From Mobula hypostoma (Eukaryota): 64,000 nucleotides of DNA. Under the pieces are notes generated by a model. The model did no database searches, was not told where the DNA came from, and was given only the letters and a program-made list of their open reading frames with translations. This document shows, one piece after another, positions 50,603 through 63,978 of this stretch; positions within the stretch are counted from its first letter, which is position 1, and every line of letters begins with the position of its first letter. The stretch lies in contig NC_086097.1 in assembly GCF_963921235.1 (NCBI RefSeq), forward strand, positions 5,518,001 to 5,582,000. Direction: 5' to 3'. Both the position numbers and the translations under genes were made by a program.

Positions 50603-52542
50603 TGTTCTGAATTTCCAGCATCTGCAGAATCTCTTGCGTTTATGTTACTAAGCTGTGATCTTTTGAAGATCGGGTGAAGGTACTTCAGTATAGATTTTTC
50701 GATGTCTGACTCGGGGCTCACTGGGGTATTTCTCTGAGTCTAGTGTGACATAGTGTCAAGGACAGTATATATATTCCTTTTAAAAACATATGTCCAGGTA
50801 GAGATTGGAGTTAAAATTCTTGAAAACTCCCATATCTCTTACTCGGCACCAGTAAGTGGCTCCAACATATTGTGATTTTTATTTTATTTAGAGGTACAAC
50901 ACAGAATAAGCCCTTTTGGCTCAAAGAGTCGAACCACCCATAAACCCAACTATTTAACTCCAGCTTAATCACAGGACAATTTACAATAATGAAATAACCT
51001 ACATACAAACTGCTTTGTGTTTGGACTAAGGAAGGAGACTAGAGCACCCAGAGGAAACCCATGCGTTTATCAGACGGATATACAAACTTCTAATAGATGG
51101 CATCAGAATTGAACTCTGAACTCCAACGCCCCAACTGTAAGAGCATCATGCTAATTACTACGCTGCCGTGGTACCCATAGGTTGAAGACTAGATGTAAAA
51201 ATATGCATCTGACTGGGTTGAATTTCTATCTCTAAAATATAGATTTTACTTATTTACCAACTTACTATTTACAAAGGGGTTTCTAACACTAAGTGTTAAC
51301 ATGAAGGGTGATTGCTAACAATGACAAAAGAACGAAACCTAGAAAGTCATCCTTGTACGGTGAAGCTAAACGTATTTCATAGCCCTGCCAGCATCTTATA
51401 ATGTGAAATTCACACAAATCAACAGAATGACTTTTAAAAACCCAATACAATGTGCGGATATAACTTAATAATCCATTTAACACCATCAACTGAGGCTGCA
51501 TATCTAGCAATACTTCCTTTAACAAGAAGAGCACATCAAACACAGAATTTTTAGGAAATGGAAGTATTGAAGATTTCACTATTGTAAATAACAGTTCTGG
51601 AATCATATTCTTAAGCCTCCTATCAGCACTTGTCATGTTTGGCATGTTTTCTATCTTCATTTAGGTTAAGTTTATACACAGAAAGGTGCCCGAAAAGGGC
51701 CAGCAATGCCCCAAAGGATCCCGCCCACCCTGATCATCAACTGTCTGTCCCACTTCCATTGGGGAGGAGGCTACATAGCATCCACACCAGGACCAACCAA
51801 CCGAAAAAACGGTTAGTTTCTCCAAGCACTAAGGGTGATCAACACCTCCACCCACTTCATTCCTCCACACACCCTCCCACCTCCCCCCCTACAACTACTA
51901 CTTTTTCATTCCTGTCAGACACCTTATGTACAGACACTCCTGTGACTAGTGTCACTTTATGGACATAAAATCAATCTATGTGTATCAGCTATCTTACCTA
52001 TTTATAATTCATGTGTTTTTATTGTTATTGTTCCTTAGCATATTGTTTTTTTCATTTTTTGGTGTTTTTTTTTCAGATCCAGAGTAACAACTATTTTGTC
52101 CTCCTTTACACTTGTGTACTGGAAATGGCATTAAACAATCTTGAACCTTGAAATAATGATTGTAAAACAGAAGTGTCATAATCATAGAGAAGAATACAGT
52201 TTTATTTTGCAAGTGAATGTAAGATAATTGACAGTGAATGGCCAGTTTGTTTACAGTTATCACTGTTATTGCTATCTACCACAGACTGTTTCGCCAATCA
52301 AAAGCTGACAGCCACACGGACTGACGGTTCCATTTACAATGTGTAATGAGCTGGTTGCTCTGAGCCAAGGAGAGGGTGAAACTGCAGTAAAGACTTTGAA
52401 ATCATGAGGACTAGGGTTCGTCAGAGCTGGTCCCTGTCTGTTACCCTGCAAAGGGTGCCACGGTAGCCTAGCAACTAGCATGATGCCATGACAGCTTGGG
52501 GCGTCAGAGTTCAGAGTTCAATCCCGGCTTTCTCTGTAAGGA

Positions 52543-53225
52543 ACTCACATAAAATGCTGGTGAACGCAGCAGGCCAGGCAGCGTCTATAGGAAGAGGTAC
52601 AGTCGACGTTTCGGGCCGAGACCCTTCGTCAGGACTAACTGAAAGAAAAGCTAGTAAGAGATTTGAAAGTGGGAGGGGGAAGGGGAGATCCAAAATGATA
52701 GGAGGAGGGGGAGGGATAGAGCCAAGAGCTGGACAGTTGATTGGCAAAAGAGATACGAGGCTGGAGAAGAGACAGGATCATGGGAAGGGAGGCCTAGGGA
52801 GAAAGAAAGGGGGAGGGGAGCCCAGAGGATGGGCAAGGAGTATAGTGAGAGGGACAGAGGAAGAAAAATGAGAGAGAGAGAAAAAAAAAATAAATAAATA
52901 AGGGATGGGGTACAAGGGGAAGGTGGGGCATTAACGGAAGTTAGAGAAGTCAATGTTCATGCCATCAGGTTGGAGGCTACCCAGACGGAATATAAGGTGT
53001 TGTTCCTTCAACCTGCGTGTGGCTTCATCTTTACAGTAGAGGAGGCTGTGGATAGACATGTCAGAATGGGAATGGGACGTGGAATTAAAATGTGTGGCCA
53101 CTGGGAGATCCTGCTTTCTCTGGAGGACAGAGTTTAGGTGTTCAGCGAAATGGTCTCCCAGCCTGCATTGGGTCATGCCAATATATAGAAGGCCAGATCG
53201 GGAGCACCGGACACAGTATATCACC
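52543..53225 (-). mobile_element. Penelope-like 5'-truncated copy (sister subfamily, similar to 21672) inside a V-SINE
   Basis: GIY-YIG ORF 52931-53224. 11-bp TSD CTCTGTAAGGA at 52532-52542 and 53226-53236. Confidence 0.9.
52601..52636 (-). ncRNA. Minimal hammerhead ribozyme
   Basis: Intact core; stem II GGGU-CUCG-GCCC. Confidence 0.8.
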
Positions 53226-54237
53226 CTCTGTAAGGAGCTTGTTTGTTCTCCCTGTGGAAAGTTTGGGTTTTTTCTGGGTGCTCCGGTTTCCTTTCATGGT
53301 CCAAAGATGTGCCGGGTAGGTGAATTGATCCCATGATTAGGGTAGGGTTCATTCGAAGGTCAGTGAGGCGTGGCTTGACAAGCTGGGAGGGCCGATTCCA
53401 CACTGTATCTCTGAAATAAATAAATAAATGTCTCAATGTGCAAGTTGGCTGTGGAGAGGATCAGGGTATCCCATTAGGGTACCCTGGGTATCAGGGTAAA
53501 CCACTGCAACCCATTGGCTTTTAGCATTGATTCTCTCACCTCAGATTTTATAAAGAGATGACTCCAACACCTATTAATTTAGTCCAGATGATTGATACTG
53601 ACATTGCAATGAAAAACGTGTGTCTAGGTTGAAATTGCAGTTAAAACTCTTGAGCAAACAATGGTTTAAAAAAAATACATTGAGTGTTAAAGAGTACACA
53701 AAGTAAGCAAAGCATAAAGTATGTAATTGCCAATGACACATCTCAGTGCACATGACTGAGAATAATACACAATGTTCTTCTGCACCAATGGAAATGATCA
53801 GAGTGGAAATGCTTGATTAATAGCTCCAAATTTATATTTTTACAACTGAAGTACAGGCTGGTTTTAAAAGTCCTTGTTTGTTTTATTTTTACAATACCAG
53901 GAATGTCTCACAAATTATATTTGTAAGGATGTTTTTAATGGATAATGTGAGTAAAGCATAACCTGATTAAAACACCGATTCAATGCCACAATCTGTAATG
54001 TTTTGAGGTGATGACACAAAAAATGCTCGATATCTCATTATAAGCATCAATTTTCAGTGCATGCAATGTCTCCAGCAATATGTCACACCGTATGTAATCA
54101 GAACCAGGTTTCATGTCAACGCAATATGTCGCAAAATATGTTGTTTATGCGACAGCAGTACATCGAAATACATAATAAAAACTGTGAATTATAGTAATTG
54201 TATAGAGTACGTATCTATTAAATAGTTAAATTAAATA

Positions 54238-54549
54238 TAATAATAAGGCATCCGTAGTCTTGTGAGACCATGGATCTGCACCTGGAAAGTCTTCACTCTC
54301 CAGGGCGCAGGCCTGGGCAAGGTTGTATGGAAGACCGGCAGTTGCCCATGCCGCAAGTCTCCCCTCTCCACGACACCGATGTTGTCCAAGGGAGGGGCAT
54401 TAGGACTCATACAGCTTGGCACCAGTGTCGTCCCAGAGCACTGTGTGATTAAGTGCCTTGCTCAAGGACACAACTCGCTGCCTCGGCTGGAGCTCGAACT
54501 CACGACCTTCAGATCACTAGTTGAATGCTTAACCACTTGGCCACGTGCC
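54238..54549 (-). mobile_element. tRNA-headed SINE with CORE-like segment and RTE-like tail
   Basis: TGGCCAAGTGG / GTTCGAGC boxes and TGTGTCCTTGAGCAAGGCACTTAA. Confidence 0.65.
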
Positions 54550-56954
54550 CACACAAATATGTAGTGCAAAAAAATAGTGAGATGGTGTTCATGTGTCCAA
54601 TATCCACTCAGAAATCTGATGGGAGGGGAAGAAGCTGTTCTTGAATCACTGAGTGTGTGCCTTCAAGCTTCTGTACCTCCTCCCTGATGGTAGCAATGAG
54701 AAGACGCCAAGTCCTGGATGATGGGGGTTCTTAATGATGGATGACACATTTTTATTTTATTAACACGTGGTGTGGAATGGACCCCTCTGGCCTTTTGAGC
54801 CATGCCGCCTAGCAATCCCCCAATTTTAATCCTGGCCTAATCACAGGACAATTTACAATGCCCAATTGACCTACAAGCCGGGATGTCTTTGGACTGTGGG
54901 AGGAAACCAAAGCACCTGGAGGAAACCCACACAGTCATGGGGAGAATGTACAAACTCCTTACAGCAGTGGGAATTGAACCCAGGTCACTGATACTGTAAA
55001 GCATTGTGCTAACAACTATGCTATCGTGGCACCCCAAATTATTACCTTAATACAGATATAAATGTTTAAGTTTCCTTTAAGAATTAGTGCCATATGAAGC
55101 ACTTCAGCTATTCAAAATCTTATGACTAAACAAATTCTCTATCTTGTATGATGTGAGTCGACTAAGGTTGATAAACCACATTAGTTAGATTCAAGATTGT
55201 TTACTGTCATTCTATTACTACTTTAGAGAACCATATTTTGTCCTTTTCTGTCAGTCACCTTTCATACAGACACTTCTGGGCCTGGAGTGGGGGGTTAGTG
55301 GGGATAAGCTCCCACTACCTATTAAATGCTCCCATTGGCAGTGTGTCTCAAATAGCCTCTGACTACCAAGTACAGCTCCTGGCCTTCACGTGTAGCTTAG
55401 CTACTAAGCTCTGCGGTCTAGTCACTTTGGGCAGATTGGGTTCGGCAGCCATGGTTGGCATGTCATCTCGAAGGAAAACGTTTTTCTCAATCCTCCGCTG
55501 CCCTGTGACCATACCCACTCATGGGAAAGGCTTCAAGAGTAAATCGCGAGGGGAAAAATTCCAGAGCCGGAGTCGCTAAGGCAGTTCTACATTTAGTTCA
55601 ATGCTGACTCGCAAATCCTGCGACGCTGCTGGTGCCAAACTGCATCGGACTCTGCCGTTCCTTTGGGTTCATCAGATGCGTGGAGAGGGACAGTCTGCTG
55701 ACTGGAAACTCCTGCGACATCATTGGTGCTAAACTGTAACAGTCTCTGCCATTCCTTTGTATTCATCAGCTACATGGAGAGAGTGAGCCTGCTGAATGGC
55801 CAACAGCTTGTTCCCCATATCATACCACCCTGGATTGTGAACTGGCTTGTGTATCACACTGAGAGATGGGTCGCAATATCTACGGTCGTTCTTGACCAAT
55901 GGGGGGCCTCAAACCCACGCCTAGCATCATTTTATGGACATACAATCAATATATGACTACGCACTATCTTATGTATTTATATTTATTATGTTTTTATTAT
56001 TATGTTCTTTGTCTTATGTTTTATTATGCAGCATCAGATTGGGGGTAACTATCATTTTGTTCTTCTTTACACTTGTGTACCTGAAATGACATTAAACAAT
56101 GTTGAATGCTGGAATCCTCAATTCATGAGTGTAAAGGAGAACAAAATTGTTATTACTCCGGATCAGATGTAGTATAAAAAAAAGCATAAAAAAACAAAAA
56201 ATAAAAAGATAAAAGCAAATCTATAAAACACAATGTACAAGTAACAGTTGAGTGTGGCTGTAGGTACATAAGAATAGTTCATGGACAAGACTGAATGAAC
56301 GTACATAAATCTCCCTGTTTTTGAACTTATCCCAAAACTAGAAATCGAATTCTCATTTAATTTTCAGCTTAAACCTTTTGGATGAGCTGAGCAAGTTTGT
56401 GAAGACCGGTCTACGTATTAACACCTAATTTCTATGAGATACACTCAGTGACCACTGTGCACCTGCTCATTAAGACAAGTATTTAATGAGCTAATCACGT
56501 GGCAGAAACTAAATGCATAAAAGCATACGGACATGGTCAAGAGATTCAGCTGTTGCTCAGATCAAATATTAGAATAAGGAAGAAATGTGATCGAAAGTGA
56601 CTTTGATCGTGGAATGATTGATGGGGCCAGAAATTGTTGATTTCCATAAGACCTCAAGACCATAAGATGCCGTAGCAGAATTAGGCCATTTGGCCCATTG
56701 AGTCAGCCCACAATTTCATCTTGCTGATTCACTTTTCCTCTCATTCCCAATCTGTTTTCCCCTTGTATCCCTTCATACACAGACTAATCAAGAATCTATC
56801 AACCTCTGCCTTAAACATATGTAAAGACTGGGCCTTCACAGCTGCCTGCAGCAAATAATTCCACAGATTTACCACTCTCCAGCTAAAGAAATTCTTCCTC
56901 ATACCCATTCTAAAACAACTCCTCTCTGTTGTGAGGCTGTGTCATGTAGTCTTA

Positions 56955-58462
56955 GGCTACATCCCCACTATGCCGGATAATTTTGAAAACAAAGCTTTTT
57001 CTCTTCGATTTGACCTTCCGTCCACACTGAAACGATGTTTTTAGCCCCCGAAAACAGAGATTTTCTGAAACAGTCTCCAGAGTGAATAAATCTGAAAATG
57101 CCTAATGTCTGTTGCAGTGTTTTTGGGGTAACCGGAGCTTTTTAAAACCGCTGTCATGACGTGCCGGAACAGATGGCGGCAGCGCGGCAATTGTTTTCTT
57201 ATTATTATTCTTATTCTTCTTATTATTATTATTACTTTATTGTTTAGAGCGTACATTCATCACAGTGATATTTGATTCTGTGCTTCGCAGAACCTAACAA
57301 TTTAAGAACAGACGGCAACGAGACTGAAGCCAGAAGAGTTAGAAATGTACTCACCGAAGACATTGACCCAGAGCTTACTGAATAAATAAGTATACTCACT
57401 TTGCCCTGTTTTCTGTCCTTGCTTGTATGAAGGTAAGGACAGAAAACACCCTCTGCCACCTCCAGTTTAAATTCCATGCGGAATATTTTGGAGGATCAAG
57501 AACGAAGAACCAAGAACCAAGGTGGTTTACCTATTTATGCAAGTACTTCTCTGACAATAGATGTGTAACAGCCTAACGTAACATTGTATGGAAATACAAG
57601 ACAACACTGATGAAGTCATGTTTTATATATTTAACTAGGTGCTTTATTAATGCAACAGTTAGTCAGTTTTTCAATGTTCGTCGTCAGCCGGGTCATACTG
57701 TCTGTGAATTCCCTGTCGGTTGCCTCCATACGCTACAGTATTTTCAAGCAACACACATAAAAGTTGCTGGTGAACGCAGCAGGCCAGGCAGCATCTCTAG
57801 GAAGAGGTGCAGTCGACATTTCAGGCCGAGACCCTTCGTCAGGACTAACTGAAGGAAGAATGAGTAAGGGATTTGAAAGTTGGAGGGGGAGGAGGAGATC
57901 CAAAATGATAGGAGAAGACAGGAGGGGGAGGGATGGAGTCAAGAGCTGGACAGGTGATAGGCAAAAGGGATAAGAGAGGATCATGAGACAGGAGGTCCGG
58001 GAAGAAAGACAAGGTGGGGGGGGACCCAGAGGATGGGCAAGGGGTATATTCAGAGGGACAGAGGGAGAAAAAGGAGAGTAAGAGAAAGAATGTGTGCATA
58101 AAAATAAGTAACAGATGGGGTACGAGGGGGAGGTGGGGCATTAGCGGAAGTTAGAGAAGTCGATGTTCATGCCATCAGGTTCATGCTACAGTATTTTTTT
58201 AGTTTTAAGTCTTCCTGCACGAGTGCCAAGAGCAATTCCTTTTAAGTTTTTCTAGTCTGTAACTAGGCAAATGCGCACCAAGTATACCGTTTCCTCTTCG
58301 CTTGTTTTCTGTTTGTCCTGCACATGCCCAGTAGGAGGAGATTCGCCCAAATATCCATCTAATATGGACAGAGATATTTTGAAAAACGGTTAGTGTGGAC
58401 GCCTGTCGTTTTTACTCGAAACCGGCGTTTTCAAAATTGTCTGGCGTGGTGTGGATGTAACC
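56955..58462. mobile_element. PIF/Harbinger non-autonomous element, copy 1 (~1055 bp plus a Penelope insert)
   Basis: TIR GGCTACATCCCCACTA / TGGTGTGGATGTAACC, flanks TTA and TGA. Minus-strand remnant LLALVQEDLKLK..RMEATDREFTDSMTRLTTNIEKLTN resembles the C-terminus of the Harbinger second ORF. Confidence 0.85.
57745..58184 (-). mobile_element. Penelope-like 3' fragment inside a Harbinger derivative
   Basis: 13-bp TSD GCTACAGTATTTT at 57732-57744 and 58185-58197. The empty site is present in the second Harbinger copy at ~61496. Confidence 0.92.
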
Positions 58463-60716
58463 TGAGATCTCTGGCCATATATTGAGGTCTGTTACCATAT
58501 TGTGAGGTCTGTGATCATACTGTGAGGTCTCTGACCGCATTGTGAGCTCTCGGACAGTATTTTGAGATCTCTCTCGCATTATTGTGAGGTCTCTGGCCAT
58601 ATTGCTAGATACCTGTCTGTATTGTGAGGTGTCTGGCCATTTAGTGAGGTCTTTGACACTATTGTGAAGTCTCTGACCTTATTGTAAGATCTCTGGCCGT
58701 ATCTCAGAATATTGCGAGATATCTGCTCGTATTGTGAGGTGCCTTGCCATTTCGTGAGGTATTTGACTGTACTGTGAGGTCTCTGGCCATATTGTGAGTT
58801 CTCTGACCGTATTGTGAGATCTGTGACCGTATTGTGAGATCTCTGACCGTATTACGATGTCTCCGATCTTACTGTGAGTTCTCTGAATGTGTTGTGAGGT
58901 CTCTGGCCGTATTGTGAGTTGTCAGGCCATTTTGCTGGGTCTCAGACCATATGCTAAAGTCCCTGGATGTATTGAGAGATCCCTGGCCGTATTGTGATGA
59001 ACCTGCCAGTATTGTGAGATCTCTGAAGGTACTGTGAGATCGTTGGACGTATTGTGAGGTCTCTGGCCATATTGCAAGATACCTGTCCATATTATGAGGT
59101 GTTTGGCCATTTAGTGAGGTCTTTGACACTATTGTGAGGTCTCCAAACTACCTGTAAGATCTCTGGCCCTATTGTGAGGTCTCTGGCCGTATTGTGAGGT
59201 CTCTGGCCATATTGCGATGTATCTGTTCATATTGTGAGGTATCTGGCCGTTTAGTGAGGTCTTTGACACTATTCTGAGGTCTCTGAACTACCTGTAAGAT
59301 CTCTGTCCATATTGTGTGGTCTCTGGCCGTTTTCTGAGGTCTATGACCGTATTGTGACATCTCTGAAGGTACAGTGAAATCGGTGGACACATTGTAAGGT
59401 CTCTGGCCGTATTGTGAGGTCTCTGGCCATATTGCGACATATCTGTCCATATTGTGAGGTATCTGGCTGTTTCGTGAGGTCTTTGACTGTACTGTGAGGT
59501 CTCGGGCCATATTGTGATTTCTGTGACCGTATTGTGAGATCTCTGGCCATATCTTGAGATCTCTGACCATTCTGCAATATCTCCGATCTTGTTGTAAGTT
59601 TTCTGAACATATTGTGACTTGTCAGGCCATTTTGCGGGTTCTCAGACTGTATGCTGAAGTTTCTGGAAGTATTAAGAGATCCCTGGCCATATTGTGATGT
59701 CCCTGCCAGTATTGTGAGATCTCTGAAGGTACTGTGAGGTCTCTGGCCATATTGTGAGGTCTTTGGCTGTATTGTGAGGTCTCTGGCCGTATTGTGATGT
59801 TCCTGCCAGTACTGTGAGATACCTGTCCGTATTGTGAGGTGTCTGGCCATTTAGTGAGGTCTTTGACACTGTTGTGAGGTCTTTGAACTACCTGTAAGAT
59901 CTCTGGCCATATTGTGAGCTCTCTGGCCGTTTTGTGAGGTCTATGACCGTATTGTGACATCTCTGAAGGTACTGTGAAATCGGTGGACGTATTGTCAGGT
60001 CTCTGGCTGTATTCTGAGATCCGTGGCCATACTGCGAGGTCTGTGACTGTATTCTGAGGTCTCTGGCCATATTCTGATGTATCTGTCCATATTGTGAGGT
60101 ATCTGGCCGTTTCATGAGGTCTTTGACTGTACTCGAGGTCTCGGGCCATATTGTGATTTCTCTGTCGGTATTGTGAGATCTCTGGCCATATTTTGAGATA
60201 CCTGACCGTACTGCGATGTCCCTGATCTTGTTGTAATTTTTCTGAATGTATTGTGACTTGTCAGGTCATTTTGCGGGTTCTCAGACCGTATGCTGAAGTT
60301 TCTGGAACTATTAAGAGATCCCTGGCCGTATTGTGTTGTCCCTGCTGGTATTGTGAGATCTCTGAAGGTACTGTGAGGTCTCTGGCCATATTGCGAGATC
60401 TCTGGCCATATTGTGATGTCCCTGCCGGTATTGTGAGATCTATGAAGGTACTGTGAGATCACTGGCCTTATTGTGAGGTCTCTGGCCATATTGTGAGATA
60501 CTTGTCCATATTGTGAAGTGTCTGGCCATTTAGTGAGCTCTTTAACACTATTGTGAGGTCTCCGAACTTACTGTGAGATCTCTGCCTGTATTGTGAGATC
60601 TCTGGCCTTCTTGTGAGTTCTCCCGCCTTATTGTGAGCTCTGCGACTGTATTCTGAGGTCTCTGACTGTATTGTGAGATCGCCGACCGTATTGTGGGATC
60701 TCTGACATTATTTTGA
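58463..60716. repeat. 20-bp satellite array 1 (~112 monomers; consensus ATTGTGAG(G/A)TCTCTGGCC(A/G)T)
   Basis: Strict 20-bp periodicity, with diverged monomers recurring in fixed order. Confidence 0.95.
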
Positions 60717-61773
60717 TGCTACATCCACATTAAGCCAGATAATTTTGGAAACAAAGCTTTTTCTCTTCGTATTGACCTTCCGTCCGCACTGAAACGGGGT
60801 TTTTAGCCCCCCAAAACGGAGATTTTCAGAAATGGTCTCCAGAGTGAATAAATCTGAAAATGCCTAATGTCCGTTGCAGTGTATATGGGGTAACTGGAGC
60901 TTTTTAAAACCGCTGTCATGACGTGCCGGAACAGATGGCGACAGCCCGGCGTTTCAGTGTTTTCTTCTTATTATTCTTATTCTTCTTATTATTATTACTA
61001 CTTTATTGTTTAGAGCGTACATTCATCACAGTGATATTTGATTCTGCGCTTCGCAGAACCTAACAATTTTAGAACAGATGGCAACGAGACTGAAGCCAGA
61101 AGAGTTAGAAATGTACTCACCGAAGACTTTGACCCAGAGCTTACTGAATAAATAAGTATACTCACTTTGCCCTGTTTTCTGTCCTTGCTTGTGTGAAGGT
61201 AAGGACAGAAAACACCCTCTGCCACCTCCAGTTTAAATTCCATGCAGAATATTTTGGAGGATCAAGAACCAAGAACCAAGAACCAAGGTGGTTTACCTAT
61301 TTATGCAAGTACTTCTCTGACAAATGATGTGTAACAGCCTAATGTAACATTGTATGGAAATACAAGATAACACTGATTAAGTCATGTTTTATACATTTAA
61401 CAAGGTGCTTTATTAATGCAACAGTTAGTCAGTTTTTCAATGCTCGTCCTCAGCTGGGTCATACTGTCTGTCAATTCCCTGTCGGTTGCCTCTACGCTAC
61501 AGTATTTTTTTAGTTTTAAGTCCTCCTGCGCGAGTGCCAAGAGCAACTCCTTTTAAGTTTTTCTAGTCTGTAACTAGACAAATGAGCACCAAGTATACCG
61601 TTTCCTCTTCGCTTGTTTTCTGTTTGTCCTGTGCATGCCCAGTAGGAGGAGATTCACCCAAATATCCGTCTAATGTGGACAGAGATATTTAGAAAAACGC
61701 TTAGTGTTGACGCCTGTCGTTTTTACTCAAAACCGGCATTTTCAAGATTATCCGGTGTAGTGTGGACTTAGCC
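60717..61773. mobile_element. PIF/Harbinger non-autonomous element, copy 2 (1057 bp)
   Basis: Colinear with copy 1. 3-bp TSD TGA on both sides, in register with the satellite monomer. Confidence 0.88.
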
Positions 61774-63978
61774 TGAGATCTCTGGCCATATTTTGAGGTC
61801 TGTGACCGTATTGTGAGGTCTCTGACCGCATTGTGAGTTGTCAGGCCATTTTACGGGGTCTCAAACCGTATGCTGAAGTCTCTGGACGTATTGAGAGATC
61901 CCTGGCCATATTGTGATGAACCTGCCGGTATTGTGAGATCTCTGAAGGTACTGTGAGATTACTGGCCGTATTGTGAGGTCTCTGGCCATATTGTGAGATA
62001 CCTGCCCATATTGTGAGGTGTCTGGCCGTTTAGTGAGTTCTTTGACATTATTGTGAGGTCTCTGGCCGTATTGAGGTCTTTGGTCGTATTGTGAGATCTC
62101 TGACTGTATTGTGAGATCTCTGGCCGTATTGTGAGATCTGTGGCCGTATTGTGATGTCCCTGCCGGTACTGTGAGATCTCTGAAGGTACTGTGAGGTCTC
62201 TGGCCGTATTGAGGTCTTTGGCCGTATTGTGAGATACCTGCCCATATTGTGAGGTGTCTGGCCATTTAGTGAGGTCTTTGAAACTATTGTGAGGTCTCTG
62301 ACCTTATTGCAAGATCTCTGGCCGTATTGCGAGATCTCTGGGCATATCTCAGAATATTGCGAGTTACCTGTTCATATTGTGAGATGCCTTGCCATTTTGT
62401 GAGGTCTTTGACTATACTGTGAGGTCTCTGGCCATACTGTGAGTTGTCTGACCGTATTGTGAGATCTCTGACCATATTGCAATGTCTCCGATCTTACTGT
62501 GAATTCTCTGGCCGTACTGTGAGTGGTCAGGCCATTTTGTGGGGTCTCAGACCATATGCTGAAGTCCCTGGACGTATTGAGAGATCCCTGGCCATAGTGT
62601 GATGAACCTGCCAGTATTGTGAGATCTCTGAAGGTACTGTGAGATTGCTGGCCATATTGTGAGGTCTCTGGCCATATTGCGAGATACCTGTCCATAGTGT
62701 GAGGTCTCTGGCCATATTGCGAGATACCTGTCCATAGTGTGAGGTGTCTGGCCATTTAGTGAGGTCATTGACACTATTGTGAGGGCTCTGAACTACCTGT
62801 AAGATCTCTGGCCCTATTGTGAGGTCTCTGGCCGTATTGTGAGGTCTCTGGCCATATTGCAACGTATCTGTCTGTATTGTGAGCTATCTGGCCGTTTCAT
62901 GAGGTCTTTGACTGTGCTGTGAGGTCTCGGGCCATATTGTGATTTCCCTGACCGTATTGTGAGATCTTTGGCCATATTTTGAGATCTCTAACCATACTGT
63001 GATGTCTCCGATCTTGTTGTAAGTTTTCTGAACGTATTGTGACTTGTCAGGCCATTTTGCGGGGTCTCAGACCGTATGCTGAAGTCTCTGGAAGTATTAA
63101 GCGATCCCTGGCCATGCTGTGATGTCCTTGCCGGTATTGTGAGATCTCTGAAGGTACTGTGAGGTCTCTGGCCATATTGTGAGGTCTCTGGCCATATTGT
63201 GGGGTCTCTGGCCGTATTGTGATGTCCCTGCCAGTATTGTGAGATCGCTGGCCATATTGCGAGATACCTGTCCGTATTGTGAGGTGGCTGGCCGTTTAGT
63301 GAGGTCTTTGACACTATTGGGAGGTCTCTGAACTACCTGTAAGATCTCTGGCTGTATTGTGATGTCTCTGGCTGTATTTTAAGGTCTCTGGCCGTATTGT
63401 GCGGTCTCTGGCTGTTTTGTGAGGTCTGTGACCATATTGTGACATCTCTGAAGTTACTGCGAAATCAGTGGACGTATTGTAAGGTCTCTGGCCGTATTCT
63501 AAGGTCTGTGGCCATATTGCAAGGTCTGTGACTGTATTGTGAGGTCTCCAGCCATATTGCAATGTATCTGTCTGTATTGTGAGGTATCTGGCCATTTCGT
63601 GAGCTCTTTGACTGTACTGTGAGGTCTCAGGCCATATTGTGATTTCTCTGACCATATTGTGAGATCTCTGGCCATATTTTGAGATATCTGACCGTACTGC
63701 GATGTCTCCGATCTTGTTGTAAGTTTTCTGAACGTATTGTGACTTGTCAGGCCATTTTGTGGGGTCTCAGACCGTATGCTGAAGTCTCTGGAAGTATTAA
63801 GAGATCCCTGGCCATGCTGTGATGTCTCTGCCGGTATTGTGAGGTCTCTGGCCATATTGTGAAGTTTCTGGCCGTATTGTGAGATCTCTGAAGGTACTGT
63901 GAGATCACTGGCCACATTGCGAGATACCTGTCCATATTGTGAGGTGTCTGGCCACTTAGTGAGGTCATTGACACTATT
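61774..63978. repeat. 20-bp satellite array 2 (~110 monomers)
   Basis: Same monomer set as array 1. Confidence 0.95.

Noticed and set aside
57244..57477. Duplicated 77-aa ORF (also 61010-61243)
   Set aside because: Identity is explained by duplication of the Harbinger derivative; no recognisable domain.
58463..63978. CRISPR-like array
   Set aside because: Monomers are contiguous with no unique spacers, variants recur, there are no cas genes, and the context is eukaryotic. It is a satellite.
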